Part shown: one piece after another, positions 55,801-64,000 of the stretch
Layout: each line of letters opens with the position of its first letter
How positions within the stretch are numbered: the first letter of the stretch is position 1
Source of the DNA: Octopus vulgaris
Lineage: Eukaryota
DNA length: 64,000 nucleotides
Reading direction: 5' to 3'
Assembly: GCA_951406725.2 (NCBI GenBank)
Contig: OX597830.1
Coordinates: forward strand, 34,410,001-34,474,000
Translations under genes and position numbers: made by a program
Notes under the pieces: model-generated
Told to the model about the DNA's origin: nothing
Seen by the model: the letters and a program-made list of their open reading frames with translations, nothing else
Database searches by the model: none

Positions 55801-55870
55801 GCCAGGACTGTGGGCCATACAGCCCCTGCCCAATTCAGTACCACAACACATAAATACACTGCAACACGAC
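55800..55870 (+). mobile_element. Short CR1 fragment
   Basis: Matches 57988-58053 (gccaggac..tgggccataca.cc.ctgcccaattcag..cacaa.acataaatacact.caacac). Confidence 0.7.
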
Positions 55871-55877
55871 ATGTATG

Positions 55878-55908
<31 letters not shown>

Positions 55909-56209
55909 TTATGTGTGTGTGTATGTATGTATGTATATGTGTGGTTGTGTGTATGCGTGTATATGCTGCCAATGTTAAGGAGAAAATATTTATATTAAAT
56001 TAAAAGATAAGGAATGGTATACTTGAGAAGTAAATACACTGCCTTGAAGACAGAGCAAAATAGTTAATAGTTTCAGTTGTGTATGTGACTGACTCTATAC
56101 AGAGAATCGAATATATCTATACCAAAGTATCTCCAGGAAGATATGGAAAAAATTAGGGCATCAGTTATTAAGAATTAGGGTAACAGTTAGGGTAACTGTT
56201 ATTTTATCA

Positions 56210-56610
56210 TTTTTTTTTTTTTTTACTTGTTTCAGTCAATTGACTGCGGCCATGCTGGAGCACCGCCTTTAGTCGAGCAAATCGACCCCGGGACTTATTC
56301 TTTGTAAGCCCAGTACTTATTCTATCGGTCTCTTTTGCCGAACCGCTAAGTGCGGGGACATAAACACACCAGCATCGGTTGTCAAGCAATGCTAGGGGAA
56401 CAAACACAAACATATTCACACACACTTATATATATATACATATATACGACAGGCTTCTTTCAGTTTCCGTCTACCAAATCCACTCACAAGGCATTGGTTG
56501 GCCCGGGGCTATAGCAGAAGACACTTGCCCATGATGCCACGCAGTGGGACTGAACCCGGAACCATGTGGTTGGTTAGCAAGCTACTTACCAAACAGCCAC
56601 TCCTGCGCCT
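56210..56610 (-). mobile_element. SINE family A (young, CpG-retaining)
   Basis: Full-length reverse-complement copy. Confidence 0.92.
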
Positions 56611-56706
56611 ATCATGGGGAGAATTCACAAAAAAAAGCAAAAGAGGAAGACAGGTGGTGTAGACAACAAACAGATGTATTAGTGCAATGCTCGGGAAGGG
56701 AAAAAG

Positions 56707-56744
56707 TCTTTAATGTTTCGAGCCTACGCTCTTCCACAGAAAGG
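56707..56744 (-). ncRNA. Putative minimal hammerhead, A6U variant (second family H1 element, ~56613-56810)
   Basis: Minus strand: ccttt CTGTGGA a gagc-gtag-gctc GAAA caT T aaaga. Perfect stem II; stem III ACAT is likely CpG-decayed ACGT. Confidence 0.5.
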
Positions 56745-57058
56745 AACAAGAAAGGAACAAAAAGAGAAAATAAGGAATGTTTAGTGGCTAGTGATCTATC
56801 ATGGCGAATTTTATTATATTTAATGTTATTTTATCATACTGGATCAAATTTGTAATATAATGAAGTAAGTGTCAGTAAAAAACAGATAGTAGTAATAATT
56901 ATACTGATAGTGAAAATATTGCAGATTAAAACGAAAATAGTAAAATAGTAAAAGAAATGATAAACATGATAATGGTAAGGATGATAATGCACATTAATAT
57001 AATAATACAGTAATGATACTCTATATATTCAGTATTTTACACACATACACATACACAA

Positions 57059-57131
<73 letters not shown>

Positions 57132-57159
57132 AAATAATGTTACAATTACTCAATAGTCA

Positions 57160-57222
57160 AGATAAAACTCTGAGTTTCAGATGCCAAAGTGGAAATACAC
57201 AACACCATCTCTTCGGTTATCT
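57160..57222 (-). ncRNA. Putative type-I hammerhead (U4C core, long stem II) in a (TA)n-flanked element (~57128-57335)
   Basis: Minus strand: agataa CCGAAGA gatg..gtg-tatttc-cac..catc-t GAAA ctc-a-gagT T ttatct. 6-bp stem I, quasi-palindromic stem III. Confidence 0.6.
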
Positions 57223-57333
57223 GGCCATCTGAAAAACGCTATGAAAAAATACCGTTATTTTACAGATCAATTTCCTCTATTTACATAATATTGAGGTCTC
57301 TTTCTTTCTTTTGTTATCTTACCGTTTTTACCA

Positions 57334-57366
<33 letters not shown>

Positions 57367-57367
57367 G

Positions 57368-57673
57368 CAGTGGCAGGCTGGCTAGGTTGTCAGCTTGCTC
57401 GATGGCAAGTGGGCCCCTGTGCCATTAGAATCCATATAAGGGGACCCACGTTAGTATCTAAGGAGCCCATCCCCTCAAGTTTGCAAATCTTTTATTCACT
57501 CCTGGAAGAATCCATTATTTCAGCCTGGCTGTATTTGTAGACAGTTGAAAAGAATACTTTTAACAAAAAAAAAAAATTAAATCATAACATTATAGATGTG
57601 AGTGGACCCCTTGTAGTTGCAGGTGGGTCCCCTTAGCTTCCTGGCAACCAATATTTTTAGACCCGGTCTGCCA
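57368..57673. mobile_element. Possible hAT-type MITE
   Basis: Imperfect TIR tggcaggctggct / cccggtctgcca; internal gg(g/a)ccc motifs; sits within (TA)n. Confidence 0.4.
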
Positions 57674-57829
57674 TATATATATATATATATATATATGGAA
57701 AAATGCTAGCATGGAAAACGGACGCTAAACGATGATGATGATGATGATGATATATATATATATATATACATATATATGTATATACATATATATGTATATA
57801 CATATATATCTATGAATATAAAAGAATTA

Positions 57830-58343
57830 ATGTCATGACTGATCTCAATTATTGAGACCACCTTAAAGCATTGAAATTCTATTCTCTGCAGTGTTTCCAT
57901 GAGCAATACATAATGTGCACGATGTGGAGAGCATATCACCAGCATTGCCCAAACTACCTCAACATTAGTTTCAGAATTCATCCAAGGCCAGGACCATGGG
58001 CCATACATCCTCTGCCCAATTCAGGATCACAATACATAAATACACTACAACACAAATTCTTTTCCTCAACAGGCCCTGCCCTATTTAAGATTATTCTAAA
58101 ACAGATCAAAGAGGAAAAGGATCCCATTATCTTTAAACAGAAACTGGACAAATTTCTTCAAGGGATACCAGAGAAGCCACCTATACCTGGATACAGCTCA
58201 TTCAACAAGAACTCGTGACTTGAATGGACCATGATACACAAAACTTGACTTAAAAAGGATTTAACAAATCCTATCAGGTGGTGCTGTTAAATTAGACATG
58301 GCCTGGGTCAATCTTTGGTCAAAACATATCTAAGTTAGCTAAG

Positions 58344-58345
<2 letters not shown>
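57830..58345 (+). mobile_element. CR1-type LINE 3' end
   Basis: NY*DHLKALKFYSLQCFHEQY (cf. YWDRLK.LKLYSLQRRRERY)...GPALF..FKQKLDKFLQGIPEKP; 3'UTR like 37050-37130. Confidence 0.85.
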
Positions 58346-58421
<76 letters not shown>

Positions 58422-58655
58422 GTATATATATATATATATAAGAGGTATTGGTATCCAGAAGACCCAAGATAGCAGGTAAGACTATGTAAGTGCTCTGGGA
58501 GGACTGTAGTTAGACTCCCGGTTTCATAATGATATGAGTGAGGAGTGTAATGCGGGTCTTGTCTGAGCTTTATTTAACACACACACACATATATGTATAT
58601 ATGTAGATAATATATATATATATATGATTTCCATTGAATTTTCATTTTTATTATT

Positions 58656-58696
<41 letters not shown>

Positions 58697-59281
58697 TATA
58701 AATCATATTTCCACGCAGCATGTATTAGTCATCTCCTCAAGAATGAGAGGCATAACTTCAGGCCATCTTACTATAGATAACGTTGCCTTCATATACTACT
58801 GCCTCAGCATTTTAACATTATTTGAGCTGGCATGCCTCTCTCTCTTGGCATGGGCATTCCGTTTCTGTTCATCTTGATGATTTATATGTTTTGCTGTTTT
58901 GTATATTCAAAATGCAACAATAAATCATTTTCAAACTGCTTGTATTGAATTCCCATGGGTTGGAAAGGTTTTATTAGTACCAAGAAGCTTTTAGCTTTGC
59001 TGGACTTCACATTTAATAAGTATGGGGGTATAAACCAGATAATACTGCGAAGACTATTTTTAGTTATGAAGTTTTGTGTATTAGGCATTTATTTTTGTCT
59101 TTAAAGGTGATATTTGTCATAGCACTTTTCAAATATGAGGCCACTTGGTTGCAGTATATATATTCTTCCAAATTTGCTGGAGAGATTTTTGAAAAATATG
59201 GCATGGGGAGACATAATTTGGTTATGGTGCTTATATGAGGTATGGGACTAAGTTTCTGGTGATAACTTTAATCTCTCTCTC

Positions 59282-59322
<41 letters not shown>

Positions 59323-59356
59323 GTCTGTCTGTCTGTATGTATATATAAATATATGC

Positions 59357-59556
59357 AAGAAGAAAATGGATGTAAATAACAAGGAGAAACTCGCCATTTT
59401 CGCTGGTATGCCTTTAATTTAATTAATTTAGTAGTTTTAGTAAAACTAGTAAATTGAAACGATCGTAAATGCTACCTTCTTCTTTGTTAATTAGATTAAA
59501 GGCATAGCAGCAGAACCAACGAGTTCCTCTTTGTTATTTACATCTATTTTCTTCTT
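59357..59556. mobile_element. Inverted-repeat element enclosing a hammerhead 3' half
   Basis: ~70-bp imperfect arms; centre aatttagtagtttt-agt-aaaactagtaaatt followed by GAAACGATCGTA (59456-59467). Confidence 0.7.
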
Positions 59557-59706
59557 ATATATAACCTAATCTACGGTTTACTCACTGAACTACCTGCTGC
59601 CATGCACCTTTACAAAGGACTGTACTGACTCAGGTAACTACCAGCAGCGGCATTGGATTTATTTATTCCTAAGAGGTTTTAAACTCCTCTAACTGACACC
59701 TACATA

Positions 59707-59777
<71 letters not shown>

Positions 59778-60359
59778 TACATATACATCAGCATGGCCAC
59801 AGCTCTGAGCTGAAACTAGAGAAAAAAATACATACACACAACACACACATGTATATGTATAAACAAATATGTACAAATATTAATGTACATAAACACAACT
59901 TATAAATTCTAAGATAGCTTGGATGGCATGTTTCTTGTGCAGCTGTAGCTAACATTTACATTGTTCCTGTTGAAAATATTGTATCCATAATGTATTGAGA
60001 TGTTTCACATTTGCGGCTAGATTTAGGTGAAGAACAGGTAGTATTCCTTTACCTAGCATTGTTTGGATTTTGGATCATTTGAGAGGTTTTGCTTACAAAT
60101 TCCAACTGTTTCAAACTGCTCATTTCAGAGTTTTAATGCAAATTAATTTGCTTGGTGGAACATTGCTTTATTGGGGTATTGTGAGGAGATTTTCTAGTTC
60201 ATATTACTGTCTCATTTTCTGATTATTATAGGTAGACATTGAGAATAAATGACTAAAATCTACTATTTATTCAATAGGTTTCTCTGGATTATATATTCAA
60301 ACATATATTTATATCATCCTCATAACATTCACTTTTCCATAACTGCATATATATACATA

Positions 60360-60405
<46 letters not shown>

Positions 60406-61104
60406 TGTGTGTGTGTACACATACGCACACATATATACACATATATATATATATGTGCGTGTGTGTGTATGTATATGAGAACAAACTTATTCACATACTT
60501 CAATCATATTTTATTAAACAGGATCCAAAATTTTTTCATCCAAATGAAACTAAAATCAAGCCAAACCATAACTGAACCATTCTCTTCCTGTATCTTACTT
60601 TTCTTTAACAACAACAACAACAAAAACAAAACACCAACCCAATACAAACATTTTTCTATCAGTTAAAAAAAATAAACATAAAACAGATATAAAAATAATA
60701 ATTGCTGTATAAAAAAAGAACAACAAAAAATCAAGAAAAAAAAACTAACCAAAAGAACTTATATAACTAACTGATGAATAATACATTATTGTTATACACT
60801 AAGAAATATTCAGTTTTGGTGTCGCACTTGAATAAATTTGTCGAATTGTATATATTTTATGGGTTTCAAATTCGCCATCACCATCGCTAAAAACTGAGTT
60901 GCTTTTTTTTGCACCACAAACTAATGTTTTGTGAATGGCTAAATAAACAATGATATGAATGATATCAATGATATGAATTTTACGAATGATATGAACAAAT
61001 AAACGTATAACTACTCAACTAAGTAAATTGTGTGTGTTTGTGTGCGACTATATACATGCATTTCTGTCTGTATACATAAAGATATATGTGTTACATATTT
61101 ATAA

Positions 61105-61143
<39 letters not shown>

Positions 61144-61930
61144 CAGAGAGAGATGAGATATGTACATATATACACACATATATATACACACACACATATA
61201 TATATACATATATATATATATATAGAGAGAGAGAGATGTAAATATGTACAGACAAAAACAAATATATATATACATATACATACACACATATATAGACACA
61301 CATTCACACATGCAAACACACACCTATGTGTATACATATACATACACACACACACATATATATATATATGTAATATACAGATATATATATGTAATAACAT
61401 AAAAAATATATACATCTGTATGTATATTTGGAGTTATGTCTACGTAACAATTTGGTTTTGCAATTTCTCTTTTAAACCATTATAATTGGCTTCCATTTTC
61501 GCAATGTCAGTACAATATTTTGCATTCTATCAAATATTTATATGAAGCCAAAAGAGTGATTAATATGAAAACTGATGGCAGCAGATTGATTAACAAAAAA
61601 AAATATTTACTCATGCACATTCTGCACAAACATATGCATAAACAGAACACAATATGCATATTCATATATGCATACAGATACATTCTCGTGTATACACATC
61701 ATGACATAATTATAAGCATTGTGATATAAAATGAAAGAACCTCAAAACATGAGCATCATCCTCATAATTATTGTCATAGTCGTCGTTGTCATCGTCATCG
61801 TCAGTGTCATCCTCATCATCATGATCATGATCATCCTCATCATCATCACCACCATCCTTTTATGTCTGTGTTTTTTTATGCTTATATGATTTGTATAAAA
61901 GTCTTCTGCAGCAGAATACCATACACTCAC

Positions 61931-62225
61931 TGATGTAAACTCCCTGCCATTTCCTTTGCAAAGTTCAACCCCCCACCCTGACCAGAGATCCTTACTTATA
62001 TTTTCCACAATCTTCTTTCTACGAGGATCTCCTATGCCACTGTTTGCCCTGGTGTTGTCCTTCATATACATCACAAATCCAAACGCCAGCACTCTCTTCG
62101 GTCTTAAAGCACTACACACAAATTCTCTTCTATTTTGTTTTTCTCTCACATCATTTGTGCTCCATCATTCATTCATTTATATGAACAATTTACATCCAGA
62201 CATGGATATAATTTCCATAGAAGAG
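61931..62225 (-). CDS. Candidate exon, mostly 5'UTR, with start at 61950: MAGSLH (phase 2)
   Basis: ttatatttgcag| acceptor, CA|gtgagt donor, gaaATGG Kozak context; 295-nt high-complexity island. Confidence 0.4.
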
Positions 62226-62379
62226 CTGCAAATATAACCTTAACAAATAATGTAAAAGTGCACTGCTAACACAGTAAAACGTGGTATTGACTTATAAAAA
62301 CGTTTAATATACTTTATAGTATATTATGCTTACATAACAAGATACCACGTACCTATCAGCCATTAATATTTATGAACTA

Positions 62380-63053
62380 GAAGGCAGTGATCGGGCAGAA
62401 ACGTTAGTACACGGGGTGAAATGCTTAACGGTATTTCGTCTGACTTTACATTCTGAGTTCAAATTCCACCATGGTTGACTTTGTCTTTCATTCTGTCGGG
62501 CTCGATAAATTAAGTACCAGTTGCGTACTGGGGTCGTTCTAATCGACTGGCCCCTCTCCAAAATCTTCGGGCCTTGTGCCTAGAGTAGAAAAGATTCTCT
62601 TCTAAAAAAAAGGCAGCGATTTGGCAGAAACGTTAGTATGCTGGGCAAAAGGCTTAGCGTTATTTCGTCTGTCTTTACATTCTGAGTTCAAATTCAACCA
62701 AGGTTGACTTTGCTTTTCATCCTCTCGGGTCGATAAATTAAGTACCAGCTGTGTACTGGGGTCGATCTAATCGACTGGCCCCCTCCCCCAAAATCTCGGG
62801 TCTTGTACCTAGAGTAGAAAAGATTCTCTTTTAAAAAAAGGCAGCGAGCCGGCAGAAACGTTAGTATGCTGGGCAAAAGGCTTAGCGGTATTTCGTCTGT
62901 CTTTACATTCTAAGTCCAAATTCCACCACGGTTGACTTTGTCTTTCATTCTCTCAGGGTCGATAAATTAAGCACCAGTTGCATACTGGGTCGATCTAATC
63001 GACCAGCCTCCTTCCCCCAAAATTCCGTACCTTATGCCCAGAGTAGAAAAGAA
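62380..63053 (+). mobile_element. Head-to-tail trimer of SINE family B (~230-bp unit)
   Basis: Units start ~62380, ~62610 and ~62838; junction agagtagaaaagattctct(t)..taaaaaaaggcagcga repeated. Confidence 0.92.
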
Positions 63054-63513
63054 TATTTATATACCAGCTTCCAGGAATGTGTTTAATATGTACAGTTGGT
63101 ATATCCAATAACGTTAAACAGCTGTATTTTGTGGTTATTTAATCAAGGAGTTTGTGGATGATTAAGGGGTTAGATGGTTGCTGATAAAGGGGCAAAAACT
63201 CCCAAAATATGGCATATGGGCCCATTACCCATTTATCCATCTTCGATCATATTGTTTGTTTACATCTGACGTTTTGGTTAAGAAATGTCATAATAAAAAT
63301 CAGTGATGGCTATAATTTCCATAGAATATTTGTTGAGATAACCTTAACAAGTGATGTAAATCGCACTGCTAACACAGTAGAATATGGTTATTGACTAATA
63401 AAAATGCTTAAATATATTATGGTTGCATGACTAAATACCGTGTGCCTACAAGTCATTACTATGGTTCCACCATCTTCTTTCAGCCTTCATACATCCTCTA
63501 CATTCAATGCACA

Positions 63514-63619
63514 ATAGTATACTATTAGCTGTAAGTAAAGGGGTGATAATATACTACTGCATGGAAGAAAATGCAATGGTATGCTATCACCCCTTTACTT
63601 GTAGCCATCAGTATACTGT
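63514..63619. repeat. ~106-nt near-perfect hairpin (MITE-like or pre-miRNA-like)
   Basis: Arms atagtatactattagctgtaagtaaaggggtgataatatactactgcat / atgcaatggtatgctatcacccctttacttgtagccatcagtatactgt; loop ggaagaaa. Confidence 0.85.
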
Positions 63620-63711
63620 AACCCTTTTAATTGCAAAAATAATAACTGTATAAACTTGCAGCACCCTCTCCTGACACTGGTTACTATACTATTGCAATTG
63701 ATATTTACTAT

Positions 63712-64000
63712 TACTCTTTTACTTGTTTCAGTCATTTGACTCTGGCCATGCAGGTGCACTGCCTTTAGCCGAGCAAATCGACCCCAGGACTTATTCTTTG
63801 GAAACCTAGTACTTATTCTATCAGTCTCTTTTGCTGAACCGCTAAGTTACGGGGACATAAACACACTAGCTTCAGTTGTCAAGCGGTCGTGTGGTGGAAA
63901 AACACAGACACACAAACATATACATATATATGATGGTCTTCTTTCAGTTTACATCTACCAAATCCACTCACAAGACTTTGATCGGCTGGAGGCTATAGTA
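63712..64000 (-). mobile_element. SINE family A, cut by window edge
   Basis: Reverse-complement tail and body. Confidence 0.9.

Noticed and set aside
60771-60815. CTGATGA followed by an AT-rich hairpin
   Set aside because: GAAA is not adjacent to the hairpin; stems cannot be built.
61742-62149. 135-aa minus-strand ORF
   Set aside because: Starts at GTG after a nearby stop, runs through a splice donor into a (GAT)n repeat; no recognisable domain.

Overview
Eukaryotic, AT-rich, repeat-dominated genomic DNA. The SINE families, extreme (TA)n/(CA)n/(AAT)n/(CAT)n microsatellite load and LINE types point to an octopus (Octopus sp.) genome; this is my inference from recognised repeat families. No complete protein-coding gene can be assembled, and nearly all six-frame ORFs are microsatellite or TE artefacts. 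The window contains: dozens of copies of at least four SINE-type families; a full-length dead mariner; pogo-, piggyBac- and hAT-type MITEs; decayed CR1, RTE, R4/Dong-type (RLE) and Tx1/L1 LINE pieces; and two Penelope-like (GIY-YIG) retroelement remnants. A series of candidate minus-strand exons suggests the 5' introns of a large gene with alternative promoters (low confidence). The most notable unannotated signal is a set of short, sequence-diverse elements, mostly embedded in (TA)n tracts, that carry minimal type-I hammerhead ribozyme folds. Six are complete or near-complete, including a canonical CUGAUGA/GAAA/GUC copy and a recurrent A6U core variant; two further inverted-repeat elements are built around hammerhead 3' halves. 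Also notable: a 154-bp-arm fold-back SINE insertion that copies its own target flank, a 75-bp target-site duplication, a STAT/ETS/kB-motif-dense palindromic minisatellite, two pre-miRNA-sized hairpins and a CpG-content transition near 20 kb. All coordinates were read by eye and TE edges are approximate.
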